Part shown: piece by piece, positions 9,128 through 17,218 of the stretch
Layout: each line of letters opens with the position of its first letter
How positions within the stretch are numbered: the first letter of the stretch is position 1
From: Candidatus Gottesmanbacteria bacterium
GTDB lineage: Bacteria; Patescibacteriota; Microgenomatia; UBA10105; UBA927
Reading direction: 5' to 3'
NCBI GenBank assembly: GCA_016199185.1
Contig: JACQHE010000039.1
Span: 1 to 41,943 of the forward strand
DNA: 41,943 nucleotides
Notes under the pieces: generated by a model
Database searches by the model: none
What the model was told of the DNA's origin: nothing
What the model saw: the letters and a program-made list of their open reading frames with translations, nothing else
Translations under genes and position numbers: made by a program

Positions 9128-9802
9128 CTATTGTAACCGAATACGGGAGACTTCTGTAGATTGTAAGGTTGGGTATTGGTTTTCCTTGCGCAGGATGATT
9201 TCTTTGACGGTCATGGATAGCGGGTGGGCATTCGCCTCAAGAAGCTGATACACACGAAGAGGATCTCGTAGCTTCGCTTTGTACCGCGCGATGGTCGTGT
9301 GGATGAAGGTGTTCTCTTTGGTTGTTTCCGCAGGGAAGGGGAGTGCTTCTTTAAGAGTCGCGCGTAACTCCTGCATCTCATCATGTTCGTCAATTGCGGA
9401 CCAGATGATCGCAGTCGTCATGGGAATCAGTCGGACACACGAGATTATAAATGAAGGAAAGACATGGTCGAGTTTTTGAAACTTGGCGAGGAAGTCTTTT
9501 TCTATCACCGCCCACGTCTGGTCGTATCCGAGCGAATAGTTGCCTCCCCAATAGACGACTTGATTAAAGCTGACGTGTTGAAACGGACGGGGAGTAAGAA
9601 GGAGCGCTTCCGGCTCGAGCTTGGACAATTCATCTTGAAGGTTACACACAGCGTCCCGCACTTCTTCAGAGATATCTATTTGAAGCGTGACACCTTTGAT
9701 CGGCTTGCCCCACATGTCATCGACTTTGATATCGTTGGCAAGAAACTTTTCGTGATGACTTGAAGCAAGCCCGTCGTACATAGTGATGAGTCTCTGGTTC
9801 AT
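9128..9802 (-). CDS. 2H phosphoesterase (2'-5' RNA ligase-like) family protein
   Basis: Two HxS/T motifs: QHVSF and IHTTIARY. Confidence 0.7.
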   Translation of the reverse strand: MNQRLITMYDGLASSHHEKFLANDIKVDDMWGKPIKGVTLQIDISEEVRDAVCNLQDELSKLEPEALLLTPRPFQHVSFNQVVYWGGNYSLGYDQTWAVIEKDFLAKFQKLDHVFPSFIISCVRLIPMTTAIIWSAIDEHDEMQELRATLKEALPFPAETTKENTFIHTTIARYKAKLRDPLRVYQLLEANAHPLSMTVKEIILRKENQYPTLQSTEVSRIRLQ

Positions 9803-9842
9803 AATATCGTGTTACTATGTTTTAAAACATGGTAACACGGGA

Positions 9843-10358
9843 TTATTTGATGATTTTATAGTGCAGTTGGATGGTTTGGCGGTTGGTGAGGGTTTTTACC
9901 TCGATGAGTTTGAGGCGGGGCGCAAAGTCGCCGTCGGCAAACAAGGAGATGCCGCGGCCGAGGATGAGCGGTTCGATGTCGATGTACAGTTCGTCAATAA
10001 GACCGGCTTTGAGAAACAGACTGTTGATTTGCCCGCCGCCGGCGACGAGGGCCGCATCATACCCCTTCTCCTCAATGAGTGTCAAAATTTTTTCCGGCAG
10101 TGCGTCAGTAAAAATTGTATGAGAAGGCATTACTTTCGGCTGGTGATGGGTTACGACGATGCGCAGTTTGATGCCGGGAATGAGCGTCTGTTCCTTTTTA
10201 ATCACCTCGTAGGTGTTTCTGCCGATAATGATGACTCCCACCTCTTGCGCCTTGGCAAAAAAGCCCTGCCAGTCTTCTTTGCTCGTCCAACTCGTATCAT
10301 CATCCGCTCCGGCAATTTTGCCATTGACCGTCAAGGCCATGTAGAGGATGGTTTTCAT
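9843..10358 (-). CDS. Dihydrofolate reductase / RibD C-terminal family protein
   Basis: YMALTVNGKIA, IIGRNTYE, VAGGGQI, GLIDELYIDIEPLILGRGISLF. Confidence 0.9.
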   Translation of the reverse strand: MKTILYMALTVNGKIAGADDDTSWTSKEDWQGFFAKAQEVGVIIIGRNTYEVIKKEQTLIPGIKLRIVVTHHQPKVMPSHTIFTDALPEKILTLIEEKGYDAALVAGGGQINSLFLKAGLIDELYIDIEPLILGRGISLFADGDFAPRLKLIEVKTLTNRQTIQLHYKIIK

Positions 10359-10372
10359 GGCTTCGTCTGTTG

Positions 10373-10486
10373 TTATTCCTTCTTACAGCCGCAATCGCCG
10401 GAGGGCTTGCCGCAGCCGGAACATACCCCGTTCTTGATGTCTTTGCCGCACGCCTTACACGCCGTACATCCGCATGTTTGACACAT
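10373..10486 (-). CDS. 37-aa cysteine-rich peptide (metallothionein-like), absent from the ORF track
   Basis: MCQTCGCTACKACGKDIKNGVCSGCGKPSGDCGCKKE* has 9 Cys; SD-like GGGGGTGA at 10498-10491; extended -10 upstream. Confidence 0.8.
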   Translation of the reverse strand: MCQTCGCTACKACGKDIKNGVCSGCGKPSGDCGCKKE

Positions 10487-10509
10487 ACTCTCACCCCCTC
10501 TCTACTGGC

Positions 10510-10518
10510 ATTGTACCA
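10510..10518 (-). promoter_or_regulatory. Extended -10 promoter TGGTACAAT for the Cys-rich peptide / DHFR-like operon
   Basis: TG-n-TACAAT on the minus strand, just upstream of the SD. Confidence 0.6.
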
Positions 10519-10543
10519 CAGAATTTTTCTGCCGGGAAGTACA

Positions 10544-10735
10544 TCATTTTGAGTTTGTGACAAAAAAAACCACGTGGTTTATTACGACGTAGGCGAGAGC
10601 GGCAAACAGAACTCCCCAACTGTTGTACACGAATGAGAATGCCCGCGGGTGGTCGCTTTTCACGGCTAATATTCGTGTAAGAAGGTTAAGCGCGGTGAAG
10701 ATGAGGGCGGCGGCGAGGGAGAGGACGAGCCACAT
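10544..10735 (-). pseudogene. Truncated EamA/DMT transporter (63 aa)
   Basis: MWLVLSLAAALIFTALNLLTRILAVKSDHPRAFSF resembles an EamA N-terminus; the ORF stops after two TM helices. Confidence 0.6.
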
Positions 10736-10742
10736 AGGGATC

Positions 10743-10759
10743 ATTGTATCATGTATAAT
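10743..10759. promoter_or_regulatory. Back-to-back divergent -10 boxes, each 7 nt from an ATG
   Basis: Minus-strand TGA-TACAAT (TACAAT at 10748-10743) to ATG 10735; plus-strand TATAAT (10754-10759) to ATG 10767. Confidence 0.65.
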
Positions 10760-10766
10760 TAAGACG

Positions 10767-12476
10767 ATGAAATCAGCGGAAGTGAGACGGAAGTTCATCG
10801 AGTTCTTTAAGGCACGCGGGCATGTGGAGATACCGTCGGCGCCTCTCGTGCCGGAGAACGATCCGACGACACTTTTTACCAGTAGCGGCATGCAGCCGCT
10901 GGTTCCTTATTTATTGGGAGAGCCGCATCCGTTGGGCACAAGAATCGTGGACAGTCAAAAGTGCTTCCGCGCGCAGGACATTGATGAGGTGGGGAACAAC
11001 CGGCACACGACGTTTTTTGAAATGCTGGGCAACTGGTCATTGGGGGATTACTTCAAGAACGAGCAGCTGCCGTGGATCTGGGAGTTTCTGACCAAAGAAT
11101 TGGGACTCCCCAAAGAACGCCTGTACGTCTCCGTTTTGAAGGGAGACGAAGAATCAGTGAACATTTGGAAAGGTCTCGGCGTTCCCAAAGAGAAAATTTT
11201 CTCCTATGGGGTCGACAAAAACTGGTGGAGTAGAGCCGGCGAGCCGGACAAGATGCCAGAGGGCGAGCCGGGCGGCCCGGACAGCGAGGTATTTTATGAA
11301 TTTACGCAAGTGAAACACGATCCAAAATTCGGCAAACAGTGTCATCCGAATTGCGACTGTGGTCGATTTATGGAGATTGCCAATTCCGTGTTTATGCAAT
11401 ATCGAAAACTCGGGGACGGAAGCCTTGAAGAATTACCAAAGAAGAATGTTGATTTCGGCGGAGGACTTGAACGAATGACTGCTGCAGTAAATGATAATCC
11501 TGATGTATTTCAGACAGATTTATTTACGCCGCTTATGGCAGCACTTGGGACGTCGGGAGATGTCCGTGCTCGGCGTATCGTTACGGATCACATTAAAGCT
11601 GCCGTCATGATGATGGCCGATGGCGTTGTCCCCTCCAATAAAATGCAGGGGTATGTCCTTCGCCGTCTTATCCGGCGGGCAATGGTGAAAATGCAACAAC
11701 TCGGGGGTCATGTATCCGATGAGATGATTCATGCGGTCGTAGAAACCTATGGCGGAACAGAGTATTTCAAAACGGTAGGTATACGGTTTATCAAGCAAAC
11801 AATCGCAGAAGAAGATGAAAAATTCGGTAAAACATTGCGGGAAGGGATGAAAAATGTTGAGAACGTATCTCCGTTTGATCTGTATCAAACGTACGGATTT
11901 CCCATAGAGGTAACAGAAGAGTTATATCAGGAAAAAGGTCTCCGTTTAGACAGAGAGCAATTTGAAAAAGAAAAAGAAAAACATCAGGAGCTTTCCCGGA
12001 CAGCGGCGGCAGGGATGTTTAAGGGGGGACTAGCAGATAAAAGCGGGGCAACGACCAAACTTCATACCGCGACCCACCTCCTTCACGCGGCACTCCGACA
12101 GATCCTTGGGCCGCACGTCCAACAGAAAGGGAGCAACATCACCGCCGAGCGTCTGCGGTTTGATTTTTCACACCCGGCGAAGCTGACCCCGGAGGAGCTT
12201 GATAAGATTGCAGTACTCGTGAATGAGAACATTAAAGCAGACCTTCAGGTGACTATTGAAGTGATGTCCTACGATGAGGCGATCAAAGTGGGGGCGCTTG
12301 CGTTTTTTGGCGAGCGGTATCCGGAGAAGGTGAAAGTGTATACGATGGGCGCCTTCAGTCGGGAAATCTGCGGCGGGCCGCACGTAACAAACACCGGTGT
12401 GTTGGGATCGTTTCAGATCATCAAAGAAGAATCCGCCGGTAGTGGCGTACGGCGGATCTATGCGACGGTTGCATAA
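10767..12476 (+). CDS. alaS: Alanine--tRNA ligase, short form (569 aa)
   Basis: LFTSSGMQP, RHTTFFEMLGNWS, DFGGGLER, GYVLRRLIRR; editing motifs HTATH and CGGPH; ends at GVRRIYA with no C-Ala domain. Confidence 0.96.
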   Translation: MKSAEVRRKFIEFFKARGHVEIPSAPLVPENDPTTLFTSSGMQPLVPYLLGEPHPLGTRIVDSQKCFRAQDIDEVGNNRHTTFFEMLGNWSLGDYFKNEQLPWIWEFLTKELGLPKERLYVSVLKGDEESVNIWKGLGVPKEKIFSYGVDKNWWSRAGEPDKMPEGEPGGPDSEVFYEFTQVKHDPKFGKQCHPNCDCGRFMEIANSVFMQYRKLGDGSLEELPKKNVDFGGGLERMTAAVNDNPDVFQTDLFTPLMAALGTSGDVRARRIVTDHIKAAVMMMADGVVPSNKMQGYVLRRLIRRAMVKMQQLGGHVSDEMIHAVVETYGGTEYFKTVGIRFIKQTIAEEDEKFGKTLREGMKNVENVSPFDLYQTYGFPIEVTEELYQEKGLRLDREQFEKEKEKHQELSRTAAAGMFKGGLADKSGATTKLHTATHLLHAALRQILGPHVQQKGSNITAERLRFDFSHPAKLTPEELDKIAVLVNENIKADLQVTIEVMSYDEAIKVGALAFFGERYPEKVKVYTMGAFSREICGGPHVTNTGVLGSFQIIKEESAGSGVRRIYATVA

Positions 12477-12494
12477 ATGATACAATGAAGAGTG

Positions 12495-14714
12495 ATGAAA
12501 CTGCCGGACGCCTTTCATCAGTTTCTTCATAAAACCCCGCAGCGCGAAGAGGCGTATCTTTCGCTCGTCCTGCAGGCTGGGGCCGTGCAGGCCGCAGTAT
12601 GGACGCTCTCCTCTGGCAAAAAAGCCCGCATCGGGGAGGCGGCGCATGAACGCGTGGAAAGCGACCCCTCGGGAAGACTCGGGGCAAGCTCCTGGGATAA
12701 ACGGTTGGAAGCATGTGACCGCGCGATTGCAAAGATTGCCCAAAAAGCGCTCCGGGACGATTTTGAAAAAGTGGTGCTGGGCCTTCCCGCCTATTACCTT
12801 ACCCCGGATGACGATATTCATGAAGACTGCCGCGGGCACATCAAGACCCTCACGAGTGAGCTCGAGCTTACCCCCATCGGCTTCGTCCCTATCCACCAGG
12901 CGATCGTCCACCACATCAAGGAAGAAGAGGGCGTGCCGCCCAGCGTCATACTCCTGGAGGTAGGCCCCCAGAACACGACGGTGATCGTTTATAAGGTTGG
13001 GGCCATCGTGGGCCGGGAGCAAATCGCCAATGATGATATCGTGCCGCAACTGGAGCGGACGCTTAAAGGTCTCAAGGAGCTTGAGGTGCTGCCCTCCAGA
13101 GTTCTCCTTTATGGATCGGATGAGACGGCGATAGAAGCGTATAAACGAGACCTCCTCAAACACCCCTGGCCCACGCGGGCGAACTTTCTCCACTACCCCA
13201 AGATCGAGCTTCTGCCAACCCTCGCGCTTGCCGGTGCCGTGTCGCTTGCCGGAGCGAGCGAGCTTGCTGGACAGGTGGGAGAAGCTGCAACTTCTGTCAT
13301 TCCGGCCAAGCCTGCCCCAGCGGAGGCTGGGGAGCCGGAATCCAGAGAAAAAGAAGAAGAGCCTGCCGTTGACCAAAACGTCGTGGAGGTGCCGCCGGAG
13401 ACGCTCGGGTTCCGGCGGGATGTGGATGTTTTGGAAAAACCTCAGGAGGTAACTCCCCCCACCCCACTCTTGAAACAAGAGGGGGAGAAGGGGAAGGGAG
13501 AGGAGATCAGAGAAACGCTTACGCGCTTCATTTCAGGTGTAAAGCTTCCGAGGGTTCGGGCAGTCGCACTTCCTAAAACCGGACTTTTTGTCCTTTTCAT
13601 TGTTGTCTTTCTCATTGGCGCAGGGTGGTGGCTTACCTACTGGGTGCTTCCCAAAGCGAGCATCACCATCCTTCAGCTGCCGCATGTACTTTCCGAATCT
13701 TCTTCTATGACGGTCAATCCTACGGCTACCGTCGTGGACGCTGCAACGAAAACCGTGCCCGGCAGGAAGCAGGAAAAGACGGTAAGCGGCGAGAAAACCA
13801 CAGCCGTCACCGGCCAGAAAGACATCGGTGATCCGGCCCGGGGCACCGTGACGGTCTACAACAAATCGCCCACGAGTAAGCAACTCAAGAAAGGCGCCGT
13901 GCTGACCGCCGGTTCCTTATCCTTCACACTGGATAGCGACGTTTCCATCGCCTCCGCAAGCGAAAGCGTCGGGTCCATCACGTTCGGCAAGGCTAATGCG
14001 GCGATCACCGCCGCTAAACTTGGGTCCCAGAGCAATCTGCCGGCAAGTACGGAGTTTAGCTTGAAAGATACGTCCACGAGCGTCATAGCGGGGAGAAATG
14101 ATGCGGCCCTGACCGGGGGGACGAGCAAGGTGGTGAGGGTTGTTTCCCGGGCAGATCAAAGCGCATTGGTGGACGCGCTAACCGGCGAGCTCATTGACAA
14201 AGCCAAGGGTGAGCTTGAAGCAAGCGTGGGTGGAGCAGAGCGGCTCATCGATGAAACCATCAAAACCACGGTGACGAATAAGAAATTTGATCAAGAGCTG
14301 GACCAGGAGTCCAACGAGCTTCACGGCAGTATCACCGTGACCATCACCGGCATTTCCTACAGTGAAAACGACATTGCATCGCTGTTTGCTGATCTGGTGG
14401 CAGCGAAAGTGCCGGCGGGGTACACGCTTCGGGAGGGTGGGGCACACGTAAAAGCTTTTCAAGTGAAGGTTCAAAAAGACGGAAGCATTACGCTTACTAT
14501 CGAGTACCAAGGTCAGGCGCTGCCAACGTTTGATACGGCTGCCATTGGGTCTGGGCTTGCCGGCAAAACATTTGCCCAGGCGCAGGAAGACATCAAGACG
14601 GTAAGCGGCGTGGGTGGCGTGGAGTTTGGGTCAGTCTCGTGGTCGCTGTGGGGGGGCACCACGTTTCCGGCAAATGCAAAAAACATTACCGTCTCCGTGG
14701 CCGTGCTTGAGTAG
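12495..14714 (+). CDS. PilM/FtsA-like N-terminal domain + TM + baseplate-J-like C-terminal domain protein
   Basis: VVLGLP...ILLEVG actin-like fold motifs; central TM; ARGTVTVYN...GSQSNLPA...LTGGTS...VSRADQ. The start could be GTG at 12492. Confidence 0.75.
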   Translation: MKLPDAFHQFLHKTPQREEAYLSLVLQAGAVQAAVWTLSSGKKARIGEAAHERVESDPSGRLGASSWDKRLEACDRAIAKIAQKALRDDFEKVVLGLPAYYLTPDDDIHEDCRGHIKTLTSELELTPIGFVPIHQAIVHHIKEEEGVPPSVILLEVGPQNTTVIVYKVGAIVGREQIANDDIVPQLERTLKGLKELEVLPSRVLLYGSDETAIEAYKRDLLKHPWPTRANFLHYPKIELLPTLALAGAVSLAGASELAGQVGEAATSVIPAKPAPAEAGEPESREKEEEPAVDQNVVEVPPETLGFRRDVDVLEKPQEVTPPTPLLKQEGEKGKGEEIRETLTRFISGVKLPRVRAVALPKTGLFVLFIVVFLIGAGWWLTYWVLPKASITILQLPHVLSESSSMTVNPTATVVDAATKTVPGRKQEKTVSGEKTTAVTGQKDIGDPARGTVTVYNKSPTSKQLKKGAVLTAGSLSFTLDSDVSIASASESVGSITFGKANAAITAAKLGSQSNLPASTEFSLKDTSTSVIAGRNDAALTGGTSKVVRVVSRADQSALVDALTGELIDKAKGELEASVGGAERLIDETIKTTVTNKKFDQELDQESNELHGSITVTITGISYSENDIASLFADLVAAKVPAGYTLREGGAHVKAFQVKVQKDGSITLTIEYQGQALPTFDTAAIGSGLAGKTFAQAQEDIKTVSGVGGVEFGSVSWSLWGGTTFPANAKNITVSVAVLE
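13295..13344 (+). repeat. TGTC-tagged REP-like palindrome inserted in frame
   Basis: tgtc-attccggc...ccccagc ggag gctgggg...gccggaat-cca; encodes VIPAKPAPAEAGEPES. Confidence 0.8.
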
Positions 14715-14715
14715 T

Positions 14716-15495
14716 ATGGCACTGCATCGCTATGTCAAAGCGCCACCGAACACTCGTCCACCGGGACAAGAAATAGCCGGTCCTCCCCCCGTTCCTTCGT
14801 TTCGTCGGCGGACGGCCATCTCGTACTTATTTATCCTTGCGGGACTCGTGATCCTCTCCTGGGCTCTCTGGCCCATTGTGTCATTCACCATATTTACCGC
14901 CCCGACGTACGTCGGGGTCATCTCGCCGGTACCAGACCGGGTGAGCGATACCAACGTAGGGAGCGTGCTTTCGCCGATCGTGAGCGCAGCATCAACGACC
15001 GAGGTCGTAACCGATGGCCCCGATTACACCAACGCCAACGTATGGTTTCCCACAAGTCCCCAGAAAAAGGTAGTATCGGCGGTGACAGCCTACACGCTCT
15101 CTATCCCTAAGCTCGGCATCAACGATGCCCTCGTGATCATCTCCGGCGATGACCTCAATAAAAGCCTCATCCATTACGGCGGCACGGGGCTCCCTGGGCA
15201 GTACGGGACGGCGGTTATCTTCGGCCACTCGGTGCTGCCGCAGTTTTACAATCCCACCAACTACAAAACGATATTTTCGACCCTGCCGACGATGAAGATC
15301 GGGGACGAAATTTTCATCCGTTATGACGGGGTTGAGTACCGCTACGTGGTGTATGAGATGACCGTCACTGAAGCCAATGATTTGTCCCCTCTCGCCCAGC
15401 GGTTTGACGATAGCTACGTGACGCTTATCACCTGTGTGCCGCCGGGGACATATTGGAAGAGGTTGAATGTGAGAGCGAGGCTCGAGCGCATTTAG
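14716..15495 (+). CDS. Sortase family protein
   Basis: TM anchor; LSIPKLGI; FGHS (His), TLITC (Cys) and KRL (Arg) catalytic triad. Confidence 0.92.
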   Translation: MALHRYVKAPPNTRPPGQEIAGPPPVPSFRRRTAISYLFILAGLVILSWALWPIVSFTIFTAPTYVGVISPVPDRVSDTNVGSVLSPIVSAASTTEVVTDGPDYTNANVWFPTSPQKKVVSAVTAYTLSIPKLGINDALVIISGDDLNKSLIHYGGTGLPGQYGTAVIFGHSVLPQFYNPTNYKTIFSTLPTMKIGDEIFIRYDGVEYRYVVYEMTVTEANDLSPLAQRFDDSYVTLITCVPPGTYWKRLNVRARLERI

Positions 15496-15498
15496 CGT

Positions 15499-15629
15499 AA
15501 ATCCTAAGCACTAAATCCTAAACTCTAAACAAATTCAAATGACCAAAATTCAAAATATAAAACAGTTTTGAACATTGAGTATTGAGATTTTGATATTGTT
15601 TAGGAATTAGAAATTAGGATTTTGGATTT
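15499..15629. repeat. Heptamer-periodic imperfect hairpin (AAATCCT family, copy 1)
   Basis: aaatcct aagcact aaatcct aaactct aaacaaattc... / ...gatattgttt aggaatt agaaatt aggattt tggattt. Confidence 0.92.
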
Positions 15630-15639
15630 TTTTGCGAAT

Positions 15640-16899
15640 ATGAAAAGCGAACACCGTCAATTAGCAATAGATGCGATCAAAAAGAAACTGACCGGTAAGA
15701 GGCTTTCGTATTACGAGATATTCGCCATCATGGATGAGATTGCCAACCAGCGCCTGGGTCCCGTGCTCACGACCTACTTTGCCGCCGCCGGATTTACCGA
15801 AGGATTTAATGACGAGGAGCTTTTCTTCCTCACGAAAGCCATGGTGGATACCGGTCCCAAGCTTCATTTCAAAGGGATCGTGGCGGATAAACACTCAACC
15901 GGTGGGGTCGCGGGTACGCGGACGACCATGATTCTCGTCCCCATCATCGCCGCCGCGGGCTTTCAGATCCCGAAAACGTCCTCACGCGCCATCACTTCCC
16001 CGGCCGGTACCGCCGATACTATGGAGGTGGTGGCGCCCGTCACGTTTAGTCCGAAGCAAATCGAAGCGTTGGTTGCCCGCGTCGGCGGGTGCATCGTCTG
16101 GGGCGGGCACTTGGGCCTGGCTCCCGCTGATGACGTGATCATCCAAGTAGAGCAGCCTTTGGCGTTTGAATCGTTTGACAAGATCATCGTCTCCATCATG
16201 GCCAAAAAGGTGGCCTCCGGGGCGACCCACTTGGTATTGGACATCCCCGTGGGGCCGACCATGAAGATCCAGCACTTTAAAGACGCCGAGGTAATAGCCA
16301 AGAAGTTTTCGTTCCTTGCCGGCAAGCTCGCCATGAAGGTTATTTTGGATATCAACGAAGCGTTAGAAAACGCCGGTCGGGGTATCGGGCCGGTGTTGGA
16401 GGCCCGCGACGTCTTTGCCGTACTTGCCCAGGATCCGGACCGGCCGCTAGCGCTGGAGGCGAAGACCTTGCGGCTTGCTGGCAAACTCCTGTCGCTTTGT
16501 TTTGGGGATACCAAAGGTAAAGAGGGAACCGACGGCGAAGCGGTGGCGCGCGAGATCCTCGCCTCCGGACAGGCAATGAAAAAAATGCGCGAGATCATCA
16601 AAGCCCAGGGCGGCGATCCGGATATCGACATTACGCACGTGACGCCGGGGAAGTTCCGCCATGAAGTGGGAAGTCCGCGCGCCGGTCGGGTAAGCCGCAT
16701 CGACAACCGGCAGATCACGGTGGTATGCCGGATTCTGGGGTGCCCCACGGACAAAAAAGCCGGGATGTACCTCAACCGCAAGCTCGAAGAGTCGGTGGAC
16801 AAAGGTGATATACTATGTACGCTCTACAGTTCGGACAAATGGAGACTGCAAGAGGCAGTGGAGACGATGAAGAATGTGCCGGTGTACACTATTGAATAA
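15640..16899 (+). CDS. AMP phosphorylase / thymidine phosphorylase family protein
   Basis: DKHSTGGVAG, KTSSRAITSPAGTAD, WGGHLGLAPADD, LDIPVG, GRGIGPVLEA, AQGG. Confidence 0.92.
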   Translation: MKSEHRQLAIDAIKKKLTGKRLSYYEIFAIMDEIANQRLGPVLTTYFAAAGFTEGFNDEELFFLTKAMVDTGPKLHFKGIVADKHSTGGVAGTRTTMILVPIIAAAGFQIPKTSSRAITSPAGTADTMEVVAPVTFSPKQIEALVARVGGCIVWGGHLGLAPADDVIIQVEQPLAFESFDKIIVSIMAKKVASGATHLVLDIPVGPTMKIQHFKDAEVIAKKFSFLAGKLAMKVILDINEALENAGRGIGPVLEARDVFAVLAQDPDRPLALEAKTLRLAGKLLSLCFGDTKGKEGTDGEAVAREILASGQAMKKMREIIKAQGGDPDIDITHVTPGKFRHEVGSPRAGRVSRIDNRQITVVCRILGCPTDKKAGMYLNRKLEESVDKGDILCTLYSSDKWRLQEAVETMKNVPVYTIE

Positions 16900-17026
16900 A
16901 TTCTAAGCACTAAATCCTAAATCCAAAACAAATTCAAATGACCAAAATCCGAAATACCAAACGAACCCGTTTCGAACATTTGGATTTAGAATTTTGATAT
17001 TGTTTAGGATTTAGAAATTTGGATTT
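16898..17026. repeat. Heptamer-periodic imperfect hairpin (AAATCCT family, copy 2)
   Basis: Shares ctaagcactaaatcctaaa, aaacaaattcaaatgaccaaaat and attttgatattgtttagga with copy 1; starts inside the TAA stop and ends directly at the next ATG. Confidence 0.92.
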
Positions 17027-17218
17027 ATGTTTAAGAATATCATAGCTCCTGTGCAAGCGTGGCTTCTGTCGCAAGGGAAGTGCGTGGGATGCGGCAGACT
17101 GCTCTCGAAAAAATCAGGGAAAGGTCTTGTGCGGGTGACCTGTCATTGCGGCCGCGTATATATGTACGACAGTGGGGGTGGCTCCTTCCGTCGTGCGACA
17201 CTTGATGAAATCAAATAA
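17027..17218 (+). CDS. Small zinc-ribbon protein
   Basis: CVGC and CHCGR motifs; overlaps the start of mltG. Confidence 0.7.
   Translation: MFKNIIAPVQAWLLSQGKCVGCGRLLSKKSGKGLVRVTCHCGRVYMYDSGGGSFRRATLDEIK

Noticed and set aside
12168..13478. 436-aa minus-strand ORF and similar long antisense ORFs over ftsK, rpoB, rpoC and dipZ
   Set aside because: They overlap well-supported genes on the other strand and have no recognisable motifs.
15499..17026. Heptamer repeats as a CRISPR array
   Set aside because: There are no unique spacers between identical repeats, the units are degenerate and inverted, and no cas genes are present.
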